DNA of 64,000 nt, taken from assembly GCA_951542345.1 (NCBI GenBank), contig CATOCM010000004.1, positions 3,111 through 67,110 of the forward strand, in the 5' to 3' direction. A model generated the notes under the pieces. That model was not told the DNA's origin and ran no database searches. It saw only the letters and a program-made list of their open reading frames with translations. The translations under genes were made by a program, and so were the position numbers. The DNA comes from an uncultured Planktomarina sp. GTDB taxonomy: Bacteria > Pseudomonadota > Alphaproteobacteria > Rhodobacterales > Rhodobacteraceae. Position 1 is the stretch's first letter; every line of letters begins with the position of its first letter. Below, in pieces: positions 10,104-20,592 of the stretch.

Positions 10104-11561
10104 ATGTCCACCGAAGTTCGTGTCCCAACTTTAGGCGAATCTGTAACAGAAGCCACCGTTGCTACATGGTTTAAAAAAATTGGTGACCAAGTGGCAGTTG
10201 ATGAAATGCTCTGCGAACTGGAAACAGATAAAGTTACTGTTGAAGTGCCTAGCCCGATTGCAGGTACCATTTCTGAAATCGTAGCCCCAGAAGGCACCAC
10301 AGTTAGCGTCGAAGCACTGCTAGCTCAAATTAGTGAAGGCGCCACGGCCCCAGCTCCCACCGAAAAAAAATCTGCGCCATTGGAAACCATTAGTGTTATG
10401 GTGCCAACATTAGGAGAAAGCGTTAGTGAAGCGACAGTTGCCACTTGGTACAAACAGCCAGGGGATACAGTAGTACAGGATGAGATGCTCTGCGAATTGG
10501 AAACTGACAAAGTAAGCGTTGAAGTTCCAGCACCTGCCAATGGTGTCTTAGGGAAAATTATAGCCCCTGAGGGAAGTACAGTGCAAGCAGGGGGCCAACT
10601 GGCTGTAATCGGCGGTGAGGTTTCTTTAGCCCCTGCGTCCATAGCTGCGAACAACGCATCAGAGCTTAGCAAAGACATTGAAGATGCTCCCTCGGCCAAG
10701 AAATTGATGGACGAAACAGGTCTCGACCGTGCAAAAGTCACAGCAACAGGTAAAGGTGGACGCGTAATGAAGGAAGATGTACAAAACACACTTGCCGCGG
10801 TACTCACAACCACAATGGCCACTGCGGAAGCCCCCCGCACTGCAGTACCTGTTAATGATGCGGCCCGTGAAGAGCGTGTGAAGATGACTCGTCTGCGTCA
10901 AACCATCGCGCGCCGTCTTAAAGATAGCCAAAATACTGCCGCTATGCTGACTACATATAATGAGGTCGATATGACTGAAGTCATGGCACTTCGAAACGAA
11001 TACAAAGAGTTGTTCTTTAAAAAGCATGGTGCGAAACTTGGTTTTATGTCTTTTTTTACCGTTGCTTGCTGCCATGCGCTACGCGAAGTACCGGAGGTTA
11101 ACTCCGAAATTGATGGAACAGATATAGTCTACAAAAAATTTGTTCACATGGGTGTCGCCGCAGGAACACCTACAGGACTGGTAGTGCCGATAATCCGAGA
11201 TGCGGATACGATGTCATTTGCAGAAATTGAAAAAGCCATTGCAGAAAAAGGTGCTCGCGCTCGCAATGGGAAATTGTCCATGGCAGAAATGCAGGGTGGT
11301 ACCTTCACGATTTCCAACGGTGGCGTGTATGGTTCCTTGATGTCTTCGCCAATCATTAACCCACCACAATCAGGCATCTTAGGCATGCATAAGATACAAG
11401 ATCGCCCAGTTGCGATCAATGGCCAAGTGGTTATTCGCCCAATGATGTATCTGGCGCTGAGCTATGACCATCGCGTGGTGGACGGCAAAGGTGCAGTCAC
11501 ATTTTTGGTGCGGGTCAAAGAGGCGCTGGAAGATCCACGCCGCCTGTTGATGGACTTATAG
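10104..11561 (+). CDS. sucB: Dihydrolipoyllysine-residue succinyltransferase (OGDH E2) with two N-terminal lipoyl domains
   Basis: There are two ELETDK lipoyl-lysine motifs (K43 at 10230-10232, K136 at 10509-10511). A peripheral subunit-binding region is present ([13 protein letters not shown]). The catalytic domain ends in SYDHRVVDG. Confidence 0.93.
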   Translation: MSTEVRVPTLGESVTEATVATWFKKIGDQVAVDEMLCELETDKVTVEVPSPIAGTISEIVAPEGTTVSVEALLAQISEGATAPAPTEKKSAPLETISVMVPTLGESVSEATVATWYKQPGDTVVQDEMLCELETDKVSVEVPAPANGVLGKIIAPEGSTVQAGGQLAVIGGEVSLAPASIAANNASELSKDIEDAPSAKKLMDETGLDRAKVTATGKGGRVMKEDVQNTLAAVLTTTMATAEAPRTAVPVNDAAREERVKMTRLRQTIARRLKDSQNTAAMLTTYNEVDMTEVMALRNEYKELFFKKHGAKLGFMSFFTVACCHALREVPEVNSEIDGTDIVYKKFVHMGVAAGTPTGLVVPIIRDADTMSFAEIEKAIAEKGARARNGKLSMAEMQGGTFTISNGGVYGSLMSSPIINPPQSGILGMHKIQDRPVAINGQVVIRPMMYLALSYDHRVVDGKGAVTFLVRVKEALEDPRRLLMDL

Positions 11562-11723
11562 GGACCCCGAGATGGCGTGAAAATATTCATTCAGATGATT
11601 TATAATAGTTTAGCTTCTGCAGCCGTCCTCTGCACTTAAGTGTTATGCGGTTTGGAGCACTAACCAATTTATTGATAACAACTGGGCAAAGGCCCACATT
11701 GCCTAAGACAAAGGACCTCCTCC

Positions 11724-13112
11724 ATGGATTCTTATGATGTGATTGTGATTGGCTCCGGCCCAGGCGGCTATGTCAGCGCTATTCGTTGCGCGCAATTAGG
11801 CCTTAAAACCGCCTGTGTAGAAGGGCGCGATACGCTTGGCGGCACCTGCCTAAATGTGGGCTGCATTCCGTCCAAAGCGCTACTATACGCCAGCCACCAA
11901 CTGCACGAAGCTCAGCATAACTTTGCAAAAATGGGTCTTATTACTGATAACCCCGTTGTGGATTGGACAAAAATGCAAAGTTACAAAACCGAGGTAATTA
12001 ACGGCAATACCAAAGGCATTGAGTTTTTGTTTAAGAAAAATAAAATTGACTGGATTAAAGGCTGGGCCAGTATAGCCGCTGCAGGCCAAGTCAAAGTCAA
12101 CGATAAGATCTATAATGCTAAACATATCATCATTGCTACCGGCTCTGAACCCTCCACACTCTCGGGCATAGAGATCGACGAGACAACTGTCGTAACATCC
12201 ACCGGCGCGCTAGCCTTGGATAGGATTCCAGAAAAGATGATTGTCATCGGCGCTGGAGTGATCGGCCTTGAGCTTGGGTCAGTCTACGCCCGATTGGGTA
12301 GTGAAGTAGAGATTATTGAATTCTTGGATGACATCACCCCCGGCATGGATGCAGAAGTGCAAAAAACCTTTCAGCGGATTCTGAAGAAACAAGGTCTTAA
12401 ATTCACCATGGGCGCAGCCGTACAATCAGTATCTGTCAAAAAAGGAAAAGCCAGCGTTAGCTATGTAAAACGCAAAAAAGATACTCAGCATCAGGTGGAG
12501 GCCGATGTGGTTCTTGTGGCCACTGGCCGTAGGCCCTTCGTCGATGGATTGGGCCTAAAGGCGCTAGGCGTAAACCTGACCGATCGTGGCCAAATTCAAA
12601 CTGACAGCCATTACGCTACCACAGTTTCAGGAATTTATGCTATTGGTGACGCTATAGCAGGGCCAATGCTTGCCCATAAAGCGGAAGATGAAGGTATGGC
12701 AGTGGCAGAAATTCTAGCCGGCCAAGCGGGACATGTTAACTACAACGTAATTCCTGGGGTGATCTACACCCACCCTGAAGTCGCAAGCGTTGGTCAAACT
12801 GAAGAACAATTGAAAGCAGCAGGACGTGATTACAAGATAGGTAAGTTTTCCTTCACGGGCAATGGTCGTGCTAAGGCGAATTTTGCAGCCGATGGTTTTG
12901 TAAAAATCTTAGCCGATACTGCAACAGACAGGATATTGGGTGCGCACATTATCGGTCCAATGGCTGGTGATTTGATACATGAGGTCTGTGTTGCAATGGA
13001 ATTTGGGGCAGCCGCTGAGGATTTGGCGCGTACCTGTCATGCACACCCCACCTATTCGGAGGCAGTACGAGAAGCTGCCTTAGCTTGTGGTAATGGTGCA
13101 ATACATAGTTAA
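11724..13112 (+). CDS. lpdA: Dihydrolipoyl dehydrogenase (E3)
   Basis: GSGPGGY FAD-binding motif, [13 protein letters not shown] redox-active disulfide and a C-terminal HAHPTYSE motif. Confidence 0.95.
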   Translation: MDSYDVIVIGSGPGGYVSAIRCAQLGLKTACVEGRDTLGGTCLNVGCIPSKALLYASHQLHEAQHNFAKMGLITDNPVVDWTKMQSYKTEVINGNTKGIEFLFKKNKIDWIKGWASIAAAGQVKVNDKIYNAKHIIIATGSEPSTLSGIEIDETTVVTSTGALALDRIPEKMIVIGAGVIGLELGSVYARLGSEVEIIEFLDDITPGMDAEVQKTFQRILKKQGLKFTMGAAVQSVSVKKGKASVSYVKRKKDTQHQVEADVVLVATGRRPFVDGLGLKALGVNLTDRGQIQTDSHYATTVSGIYAIGDAIAGPMLAHKAEDEGMAVAEILAGQAGHVNYNVIPGVIYTHPEVASVGQTEEQLKAAGRDYKIGKFSFTGNGRAKANFAADGFVKILADTATDRILGAHIIGPMAGDLIHEVCVAMEFGAAAEDLARTCHAHPTYSEAVREAALACGNGAIHS

Positions 13113-13140
13113 ATCAATAACTTATAAATATAAATTAATC

Positions 13141-13785
13141 TTATTTCGCTAGCATTCGCAGACCCTGAGTTACATCTGCCCTCAACGCCACCCGCAGACC
13201 TGGCTCGTCGCCAGCTTTTAGAGCTACCAAGATGAGCCGGTGATTAACTGGCGGATCCTTGCGTTGCAACCGGCCATAAAGCGCCCGCATTGTTGGGCCC
13301 ATTTGTAGCCAAACGGTTTCGACCGTTGCCAACATGGCCGGCGCTTGTGCACGCAGATATAGGGTTCTATGAAATTCAAGATTAGTACGGATGTAGGTCA
13401 CCGCATCGGCCTTGGCCACAGCAACGGATATAGCGTTGTTGATAGTCTGCAATCGCTCCACCAGCGCCATGTGCGCACGTGGCAAGGCCCGCGTGGCAAG
13501 CTCAACTTCTATCAAAGCCCGCAGCGATGCAAGCTCTTCAATCCGATCATTCGACAGTTTAGGGGTCTGAAAACGCCCAGTAACCGAAATGCTCAAAGCC
13601 CCCTCGGCTGCCAAACGCTTTAACGCCTCTCGTACTGGGGTAACTGATAACCCAAATTCCGCTGCTACCCCTCGCAGAGTAATTGCTTGGCCCGGGCTCA
13701 TTTCGCCATACATAATCCGCATACGAAGGGTCCGGTACAGCTGATCATGCGCAGCGAGGTAACTATCTTGTAATTTGTTTACCAT
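13141..13785 (-). CDS. GntR-family transcriptional regulator (FadR/FCD subfamily)
   Basis: 214 aa. It has an N-terminal winged helix (ITLRGVAAEFGLSVTPVREALKRLAAEGAL) and a helical C-terminal FCD-like domain. Confidence 0.85.
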   Translation of the reverse strand: MVNKLQDSYLAAHDQLYRTLRMRIMYGEMSPGQAITLRGVAAEFGLSVTPVREALKRLAAEGALSISVTGRFQTPKLSNDRIEELASLRALIEVELATRALPRAHMALVERLQTINNAISVAVAKADAVTYIRTNLEFHRTLYLRAQAPAMLATVETVWLQMGPTMRALYGRLQRKDPPVNHRLILVALKAGDEPGLRVALRADVTQGLRMLAK

Positions 13786-13792
13786 ATGTGTT

Positions 13793-13802
13793 TGTGATCA
13801 CA
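13793..13802. promoter_or_regulatory. Third copy of the TGTGATCACA palindrome, immediately upstream of the GntR gene start
   Basis: A perfect 10-bp palindrome 8-17 nt upstream of the ATG at 13785 (minus strand). Confidence 0.5.
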
Positions 13803-13924
13803 TTTATACAGGCTGTCAAATAAGAAAAGTTTAAAGCACAGATCGCTAGCCTAAGCTTTTAAAGTCTTTGACGCAGTTAGCACTTGATACAAACATTTAT
13901 AAGTAAATTGAATTATAGAATTTT

Positions 13925-14644
13925 TTAGAACACATATCGATGCAAATCTTCGCCATGTTTACGAAGCCAAACACGTTGCTCTGAGTGGTCAGGATAGAGC
14001 CGTTCCACAACAGCCCAGAATCGGGCAGAATGATTCATCTCCGCCAAATGCGCCACCTCATGGGCCACCACATAATTCAGTACATCCGGGGGAACCATAA
14101 TAAGCCGCCAAGAGTAGTTGATGTTGCCCTGGCTGGAACAGGAACCCCAACGGGACGTAGTATCGCGTAGCGTGATCTTGCCATAAGGTTTCCCTAAAGC
14201 CGCAGCGTAACGGTCTGTTGCCTGATGCAGATGTAGCCTTGCTTGAATTTTAAAAAAGGCTTTCACTCGCGAGGATACCATACTGTCAGGCCCTGGTACC
14301 AAAAGCTCAGAACCAATTTGGTGGACTTGCCGACCCTGGCCAAGGCAAAGGTCTAGAATTTGACCTTGGTACAAGACCGTGGATCCGAATGTCAGCTCGG
14401 TACTTTGCGGCAAATCTTTCAAATGTGTCCGAATCCAAGTTTCTTTTTCTAAAATAAATTTTTCTGCCTGCACAACAGGGCAAGATAGTGGTAAACTCAA
14501 CGTAACATGGCCTTTCAACCTCGAAATACGCAGTGACATACGCCGAGCCTGCCGAGATCGCCGCAAAACTACGGTAATTTGGGGGCTGCCAGCCAGCATT
14601 ATTTGCTGAGTCGGGGTAATTGATGCCGAATTCATCCAAGACAT
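13925..14644 (-). CDS. YgjP-like zinc metallohydrolase (DUF45 / M48-like)
   Basis: HEVAHLAEMNHSARFW contains an HExxH motif. The N-terminal ITVVLRRSRQARRMSLRI is typical of the family. The start was moved to an internal Met (14644); the ORF-track start is 14710. Confidence 0.75.
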   Translation of the reverse strand: MSWMNSASITPTQQIMLAGSPQITVVLRRSRQARRMSLRISRLKGHVTLSLPLSCPVVQAEKFILEKETWIRTHLKDLPQSTELTFGSTVLYQGQILDLCLGQGRQVHQIGSELLVPGPDSMVSSRVKAFFKIQARLHLHQATDRYAAALGKPYGKITLRDTTSRWGSCSSQGNINYSWRLIMVPPDVLNYVVAHEVAHLAEMNHSARFWAVVERLYPDHSEQRVWLRKHGEDLHRYVF

Positions 14645-14732
14645 CCACAAATTAATAGATTTCACCTTTGACACTGCCCCTTCTCTATGGCACTCGGCAT
14701 GGACTGTCACCTATTGCGAGAGGGGAAAACCC

Positions 14733-15056
14733 ATGCCGAAAGAAGAATGGGGTACTAAACGTGTTTGCCCCACCACAGGCAAGCGTTTTTACGACCTGAA
14801 TAAAGATCCGATAATTAGCCCATACACGGGTGAAACTGTTGCACTTGATGGAAACAAAGGCCGCACGATGGTGGCTGATGCCGAAGATGCTCAGACAAAA
14901 AAGCAAAACGAAGCTGATGCCGAATCTGAAGAGGTAGTATTGGAAGACGATGATGTTGACGTAGATTTAGGCGATGATGTGCTTGATGATGACGACGACG
15001 ACACCGTTTCACTTGAAGAAATTGCCGATGTAGCTTCAGAAGACGACGATAGCTAA
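14733..15056 (+). CDS. FYDLN_acid (TIGR02300-type) zinc-ribbon protein with an acidic tail
   Basis: MPKEEWGTKRVCPTTGKRFYDLNKDPIISPYTGE followed by a poly-D/E C-terminus. Confidence 0.8.
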   Translation: MPKEEWGTKRVCPTTGKRFYDLNKDPIISPYTGETVALDGNKGRTMVADAEDAQTKKQNEADAESEEVVLEDDDVDVDLGDDVLDDDDDDTVSLEEIADVASEDDDS

Positions 15057-15126
15057 ATTTCTTCGCTTGGCGCGATGATTTACTCTTGATCCCGTGCCAA
15101 GCCTTGCCTAACTACGAAGTATGAGA

Positions 15127-15202
15127 GGGCCCTTAGCTCAGCTGGGAGAGCGCCTGCATGGCATGCAGGAGGTCAGCGGTTCGATCCCGCTAGGGTCCAC
15201 CA
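15127..15202 (+). tRNA. tRNA-Ala, anticodon GGC
   Basis: A manual cloverleaf fits: acceptor GGGCCCT/AGGGTCC with the G3:U70 Ala identity pair, D arm GCTC-AGCTGGGA-GAGC, anticodon arm CCTGC-ATGGCAT-GCAGG, T arm AGCGG-TTCGATC-CCGCT and an encoded CCA. Confidence 0.95.
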
Positions 15203-15633
15203 TTCAACTAAAAATTTTATGGAATAAACATAATATTGCCTGAAGCGGGAAGTTGCCTTTAAATCATCCCGATTAGTTATGAACAAGGTGTGCTACAAAG
15301 CCATCTCCAAGTAACTACCAAAAACCGGTATGCATCTACAGGCACTCAAGCCTAAAGGAAACGATCTGGAAGTATTACTGTATCCAGATACACCTGAGGC
15401 AGCAGAGCGTCGGTCTGATGCCTACTTATTTATAGCCGCTATGAACTATCTGAAGATGGAATGTGAGCTTTAGTAACTTTAGGCTGGAGAATTGCCCTAC
15501 AGTTGTTTGTTAGGGATAGTTTAGTCAATAAAAAATAATCTAAAGGCTGGCCATTAATGGATCGCTAGGTGTCACTAATACTATAATATATTGAACAGAG
15601 TTCAGTAGCATAATGGTTAAAATATAAATGCCC

Positions 15634-17106
15634 TTACCCCAATGTACGTCGTACGGCGTCTTGCCAGCCTTCATAGAGTTCGTCGCGGACATTACGCGTC
15701 ATTTGGGGCTCAAATCTTTGTTCTAAGGCCCATGTTTTGGCGATGCTACCTTGATCTGGATAAACACCTGCCATCAACCCAGCCAGCCATGCGGCGCCAA
15801 GTGCTGTAGTCTCCAGCACTTGTGGACGGTCCACAGATGCACCAAGGATGTCGGCCAAAAACTGCATAGTCCAATCGCTTGCAGTCATGCCCCCATCCAC
15901 CCGAAGCACTGCCCCGCCATCTATTCCCATATCATCCTGCATAGCAGTCAAAAGATCGCGGGTTTGATAGCCCACGCTCTGAAGGGCCGCTCTGGCAAGT
16001 TCTTTTGGGCCTGAGTTGCGAGTTAACCCAAATATAGCCCCTCTGCACTCCGCATCCCAATAGGGTGCTCCAAGCCCGGTGAATGCAGGCACTAGATACA
16101 ATGATTGTGTGGGGTCGGCAGAAGCAGCCATATCTGCTGTTTGGTGGGCATCCTGAATAATACCCAAGCCATCGCGTAGCCATTGCACTACTGCGCCAGC
16201 TATAAAAATAGATCCCTCGAGGGCATAGGTTGGTTTACCATCGAATTGGTAGGCAATTGTACCCAGAAGACCATTTTTTGATTTAACTAAGCTGTCGCCC
16301 GTGTTCATAAGTGCAAAGCAGCCAGTTCCATAAGTAGATTTCAACATACCCGATGTAAAACAAGCCTGACCGATGGTAGCGGCCTGTTGGTCTCCAGCAA
16401 CCCCTAGGATAGCAATATTACCCCCAAAAAGGCAGGTGGAGCCAAATTCAGAAGCACAGTCACGCACCTCCGGCAGCATGGCTTGTGGCACATCCAAAAT
16501 ACCACAAATCTCATGATCCCAACAACCTTGTACGATATCATAAAGCATGGTGCGCGCGGCATTGGTCGCATCCGTCATATGCGCAGAACCGCCAGTCAGC
16601 TTCCAAATCAAATAAGTGTCCATAGTTCCAAAGAGTAGCTCACCGTTTTGCGCTCGCACTCGCGCTCCAGGCACATTATCCAAAAGCCAATTCACCTTTG
16701 TGGCAGAGAAATAAGGATCAATCAAAAGTCCAGTTTTTGCGGTGATAGCAGGTCCGTGCCCTGCATCACGCAAAGCGTCACAGAAGGGGGCCGTGCGGCG
16801 ATCTTGCCAGACGATCGCATTGTGTATCGGCACACCAGTGGCCCGGTCCCAAATTAAGGTAGTTTCACGCTGATTAGTGATTCCAATGGCTGCTATATCC
16901 GAATGTTCACAGGCTCCTTTTTGCATCACATCATGCACTACCGCTAAGACTGAGGACCAAATTTCTTCGCCATTATGCTCAACCCAGCCAGACTGTGGAA
17001 AATACTGAGGAAATTCTTTTTGGCTGGTGAATGCTGGGCGCATTTGGGCATCAAACAAGATGGCGCGGCTGGAAGTGGTGCCTTGGTCAATTGCCAGAAT
17101 ATACAT
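15634..17106 (-). CDS. glpK: Glycerol kinase
   Basis: [18 protein letters not shown] is the canonical N-terminus, so the start was moved to 17106. The ORF-track start at 17229 adds 41 non-conserved residues. Confidence 0.93.
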   Translation of the reverse strand: MYILAIDQGTTSSRAILFDAQMRPAFTSQKEFPQYFPQSGWVEHNGEEIWSSVLAVVHDVMQKGACEHSDIAAIGITNQRETTLIWDRATGVPIHNAIVWQDRRTAPFCDALRDAGHGPAITAKTGLLIDPYFSATKVNWLLDNVPGARVRAQNGELLFGTMDTYLIWKLTGGSAHMTDATNAARTMLYDIVQGCWDHEICGILDVPQAMLPEVRDCASEFGSTCLFGGNIAILGVAGDQQAATIGQACFTSGMLKSTYGTGCFALMNTGDSLVKSKNGLLGTIAYQFDGKPTYALEGSIFIAGAVVQWLRDGLGIIQDAHQTADMAASADPTQSLYLVPAFTGLGAPYWDAECRGAIFGLTRNSGPKELARAALQSVGYQTRDLLTAMQDDMGIDGGAVLRVDGGMTASDWTMQFLADILGASVDRPQVLETTALGAAWLAGLMAGVYPDQGSIAKTWALEQRFEPQMTRNVRDELYEGWQDAVRRTLG

Positions 17107-17265
17107 CGTAAGGCCTCTCATCAGATTAGCACAACCAAAATAGGTTGGGATTTGGTTGTGAACGTGCGGTTGGCGATATTGATTGTAAAGTGGCAATGCA
17201 CCACAGTCAGAGCTACCACACAATGACAAAGCAGCCCAACAGAAAATACTTACTCAACTAAAATT

Positions 17266-17976
17266 TTAGCCCCGAAATCCGGTAGCCACAACAAATTTTT
17301 CCGATGAATTAGAGCGCGAAGATGGTGGCTTGATATTAGATACTTTGTTAAATTTTTTCTTCAGCAAGGCTTGCATATCACCTTCAGCACCACCTGCCAA
17401 AACTTTGGCAATAAAGGTCCCACCGGGTGCCAAGACCTCAAAGGCAAAATAGGCCGCAGCCTCACAGAGTGCAATGATACGCAGGTGATCGGTCTGTTTG
17501 TGGCCAGAAGAGGCTGCAGCCATGTCCGACATAACCACATCAGCGGCACCATCCAGCCATGCCTTAACCTTATCATCAGCACCCTCGTCCATGAAATCTA
17601 AAACGTGAATCTCAGCACCAGGAATAGGTTCTACCTCTTGCAGATCAACCCCCAGAATAGTGCCAACCTTTTTGCCCGGCCTATCGCCCAAGGCGTTTAT
17701 GCGTGGCACCGCCACTTGACACCAACCACCTGGCGCACACCCTAAATCTACAATCCGAGCACCGGGCACCAAAAAGCGGTATTTATCATCGAGTTCCAAA
17801 ATTTTAAACGCGGCACGCCCACGATAACCCTCGAGGGTGGCGCGCTTAACATAAGGATCATTGAGTTGGCGTTCCAGCCAAAGCGTGGACGACAGCTTTC
17901 TACCACGCGCCGTTTTCACCTTAACTCGAAGTTCGCGCTGGCCACGGCCACTATTTTTGGTAGGGATCTTTGCCAT
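17266..17976 (-). CDS. rlmE: 23S rRNA (uridine2552-2'-O)-methyltransferase
   Basis: [33 protein letters not shown] and the SAM motif [10 protein letters not shown]. Confidence 0.9.
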   Translation of the reverse strand: MAKIPTKNSGRGQRELRVKVKTARGRKLSSTLWLERQLNDPYVKRATLEGYRGRAAFKILELDDKYRFLVPGARIVDLGCAPGGWCQVAVPRINALGDRPGKKVGTILGVDLQEVEPIPGAEIHVLDFMDEGADDKVKAWLDGAADVVMSDMAAASSGHKQTDHLRIIALCEAAAYFAFEVLAPGGTFIAKVLAGGAEGDMQALLKKKFNKVSNIKPPSSRSNSSEKFVVATGFRG

Positions 17977-17981
17977 TTAAT

Positions 17982-19097
17982 TCAGCTCTTTTGTTCGCGG
18001 AAAACACCGTCTGCGCTCATTTGTGCATATAGTAAACCCTCACGCAAACCTCTATCCGCCACAGACAGCCTATGGGTAGGCCAACTTCGCAGTAATGCTT
18101 GCAAAATTGCGGCCCCAGACATGATCAGATCTTGCCGATCTTTGCCGATACGGGGATCATTTTTTCGTCCTACAGGGCCCATTTTGATATATTCGTGTAT
18201 AACCTTGTCAATCTCCAAAGAAGACATCGATAGCCCATCGACTTTATTACGGTCATAGCGCCGCAAATCCAAATGGCTGGCTGCAACCGTCGTCACAGTA
18301 CCACTGGTCCCAATGATCTGAAAATGTGCCATGTTATAGGCGCGCTCATAGGGAATAAATTTTTCTAGCTTTTCCTCAAACATCAAACTCATGAGAGCAA
18401 AGCGCCCGGCATCATCATCCACATCGTTGAATAAATCGCGCAAAGTTGCCACACCTAATGGCACAGAAATCCAGTCAACAACCTTTGCACCATATTTATT
18501 AGGCCGCTCACCGGAGCGGAACCCCTTATGCATATGCATAATCGCTCGACTACGCTGCTTTGGCACCACATCAACCAAATCAATCCACACCAACTCCGTC
18601 GAGCCGCCACCAATATCCACTACCAACAATTGATCGGTGTCATTGGACACCAAAGGTGCACAAGACAAAACTGCCAACTGCGCCTCTTCCTCCGCTCGGA
18701 TAACCTCTAGTTTAAGCCCCGTCTCCTTTCTAATTTGCCGCATTAGAGATGCCCCGTTGTCAGCACGACGGCAGGCCTCTGTCGCGACCAATCGCATCTT
18801 TTTAACTTGGTATTGTTTGAGTTTTTGACTACAAATTCGCAGGGCCTGCAAGGTACGGTTCATGGATGCACGGCTTAGCCTCCCAGTTTCTTCCAAACCC
18901 AATCCAAGCTGAACTGATTTGGAAAAACTATCCACAACTTTAAATTGCGCACCGTCAGGCTGCGCAATAAGCATACGGCACGAATTTGTGCCTAAGTCCA
19001 AAGCAGCATAAAGCGTTTGGGCTTGAGCCTTATGGCCTGCGGTGGATTCAACCGCTGTAGGAACCGCGCCCACAGACCGGGGACGCTGTGGCGTCAT
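17982..19097 (-). CDS. ppx: Ppx/GppA-family exopolyphosphatase
   Basis: ALDLGTNSCRMLIA and VVDIGGGSTEL are ASKHA phosphate-binding motifs. The start was moved to Met41 (19097), which has AAAGG upstream. Confidence 0.85.
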   Translation of the reverse strand: MTPQRPRSVGAVPTAVESTAGHKAQAQTLYAALDLGTNSCRMLIAQPDGAQFKVVDSFSKSVQLGLGLEETGRLSRASMNRTLQALRICSQKLKQYQVKKMRLVATEACRRADNGASLMRQIRKETGLKLEVIRAEEEAQLAVLSCAPLVSNDTDQLLVVDIGGGSTELVWIDLVDVVPKQRSRAIMHMHKGFRSGERPNKYGAKVVDWISVPLGVATLRDLFNDVDDDAGRFALMSLMFEEKLEKFIPYERAYNMAHFQIIGTSGTVTTVAASHLDLRRYDRNKVDGLSMSSLEIDKVIHEYIKMGPVGRKNDPRIGKDRQDLIMSGAAILQALLRSWPTHRLSVADRGLREGLLYAQMSADGVFREQKS

Positions 19098-19323
19098 AAT
19101 TATACGCCTTTCGGATTTCGAGTTACCGTAACCTAAGCACATCCAAGTGGTCATGCAATCATTCATAAAGTTATTATAAAATAATCCAGTATCTAACACT
19201 ATTATTTCTCTTACCAATTTGTCATCACTCCGAAGTCGCTACCACCTGTTCAATTGTCGAAATTTGACCCTGTTTTACGCACAGTTGCTTATAGTAATCC
19301 ATGACAGGAAGTTGAGGAATTAA

Positions 19324-19623
19324 ATGGTAGATGTGTTTATTGTGTATTGGCGAGATATTCCAGCTCAAGTGATTGTTGGCAAAGGTCGTAAGTCCGCTAA
19401 AGTTCAACTGCCCGAACGGTTCGAGCAGGCTATTGATCGTACAGCCATGAAAACTGGCGCAGAAGATACCGACTCCTATCTAGCTGAATGGCGTAAAGCT
19501 GCTGCGTATCAGATTGAAGGTGATCAAGAAGAAGTGGCGCAATCGGAAGCTAATCGTATCGATACTAAATATGATCAAGCGAAAATAAAACAGCTTATTG
19601 CAAATAATGGCTGGTCCACCTGA
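19324..19623 (+). CDS. Small conserved protein; resembles proteins annotated as 'virulence factor' next to metF in Rhodobacterales
   Basis: 99 aa (VYWRDIPAQVIVGKGRKSAKVQLPERFEQAIDRTAMK). It lies upstream of, and on the same strand as, the metF-like gene. The family assignment is from memory only. Confidence 0.6.
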   Translation: MVDVFIVYWRDIPAQVIVGKGRKSAKVQLPERFEQAIDRTAMKTGAEDTDSYLAEWRKAAAYQIEGDQEEVAQSEANRIDTKYDQAKIKQLIANNGWST

Positions 19624-19653
19624 CCCTTAAACACTTACACAAAGGAGAGGCCC

Positions 19654-20580
19654 ATGGCCCTGCTTAATTTTGGATCCAAAGACGCGTCAATGGTAAAAGT
19701 TAATCCACAGATCGAAGCTTTTTTAAATGATTTTTCTATCGAGGTGATGCCCCGTACTGCTGAAAAGATTGAAGACTTTCGCGACCTATTGCCCAAAACG
19801 ACGCGGGTGTATGTTGCACATATCGAAGGCATGCCAATCGAGGATATGGTAATAACAGCCAAGCGATTGGCATCTGAGGGCTATGACGTAATGCCGCATT
19901 TCCCAGCACGCATAATCAAGGATGAAGCCACATTGCGCAATTGGATTGCCATGTATCAAGGTGAAGCAGGGGTCGATCAAGCTTTGCTGCTCGCGGGCGG
20001 TTTGACCACTCCACATGGAGATTATCACAGCGCCATGCAGTTGTTAGAATCTGGTGCTTTTGGAGATTCGGGGTTTAAACGCCTGCATGTGGCTGGCCAC
20101 CCAGAGGGTAACAAAGACATTGACCCAGACGGTGCAATGACTAATGTAGACTCCGCCCTGCATTGGAAACGAGCCTTTTCAGAAACATCAGACGCCGAGA
20201 TGGCCATCACAACACAATTTTGTTTTGAGGCCCAACCTGTGATTGCTTGGGCAAATAGATTGGCAGCCAATGGTATCACCTTACCAATACATATTGGCGT
20301 GGCGGGTCCTGCCAAGTTGCAGACCTTGATCAAGTTTTCCATCGCTTGCGGTGTTGGCGCATCACTACGCGTACTGCAGCGCCGCGCCAAAGATTTGACC
20401 AAATTGCTCCTGCCGTTCACGCCAGATATTTTCCTCACCGAGTTGGCAGCCCATAAGGCTGAGAACCCACAGTTTACTGTCTCGCACGTGCATTTTTTCC
20501 CACTTGGCGGGATTAAGGCGAATGCAAAATGGGCCATCGAAAACGGTGGATCTTCTGCCATTCCTGTCTCTCAATCCTAA
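19654..20580 (+). CDS. metF: Methylenetetrahydrofolate reductase family protein
   Basis: 308 aa. FSIEVMPRT ... HVAGHPEGN and the length fit the MTHFR fold. The stop is 12 nt before the next gene. Confidence 0.75.
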   Translation: MALLNFGSKDASMVKVNPQIEAFLNDFSIEVMPRTAEKIEDFRDLLPKTTRVYVAHIEGMPIEDMVITAKRLASEGYDVMPHFPARIIKDEATLRNWIAMYQGEAGVDQALLLAGGLTTPHGDYHSAMQLLESGAFGDSGFKRLHVAGHPEGNKDIDPDGAMTNVDSALHWKRAFSETSDAEMAITTQFCFEAQPVIAWANRLAANGITLPIHIGVAGPAKLQTLIKFSIACGVGASLRVLQRRAKDLTKLLLPFTPDIFLTELAAHKAENPQFTVSHVHFFPLGGIKANAKWAIENGGSSAIPVSQS

Positions 20581-20592
20581 GGATTTCTAAGA

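Noticed and set aside
10325-10840. 171-aa minus-strand ORF
   Set aside because: It is antisense to the sucB lipoyl and linker region, and its composition mirrors the Ala/Pro-rich linker. It is a shadow ORF.
15330-15473. 47-aa ORF (MHLQALKPKGNDLEVLLYPDTPEAAERRSDAYLF...) in the tRNA-Ala flank
   Set aside because: It has no Shine-Dalgarno sequence and no recognisable family, and it is too short to support.
15203-15633. Genomic island or prophage integrated at tRNA-Ala
   Set aside because: There is no integrase, no mobile genes and no visible att-like repeat of the tRNA 3' end. The next gene is core glpK.
17107-17229. N-terminal 41-aa extension of glpK in the ORF track
   Set aside because: The canonical GlpK N-terminus ([13 protein letters not shown]) starts at 17106, and the extension is Cys/His-rich and non-conserved. 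The same logic was applied to ppx (19098-19217), the M20 hydrolase (60772-60960), coxD (31033-31200), coxS (34799-34852) and the DUF4167 gene (55144-55200).
19218-19323. SAM or cobalamin riboswitch upstream of the metF-like module
   Set aside because: The leader is only about 100 nt, and I could not recognise a B12-box or the conserved cores of the SAM-II/SAM-V classes by eye. A covariance-model scan would be needed to decide.
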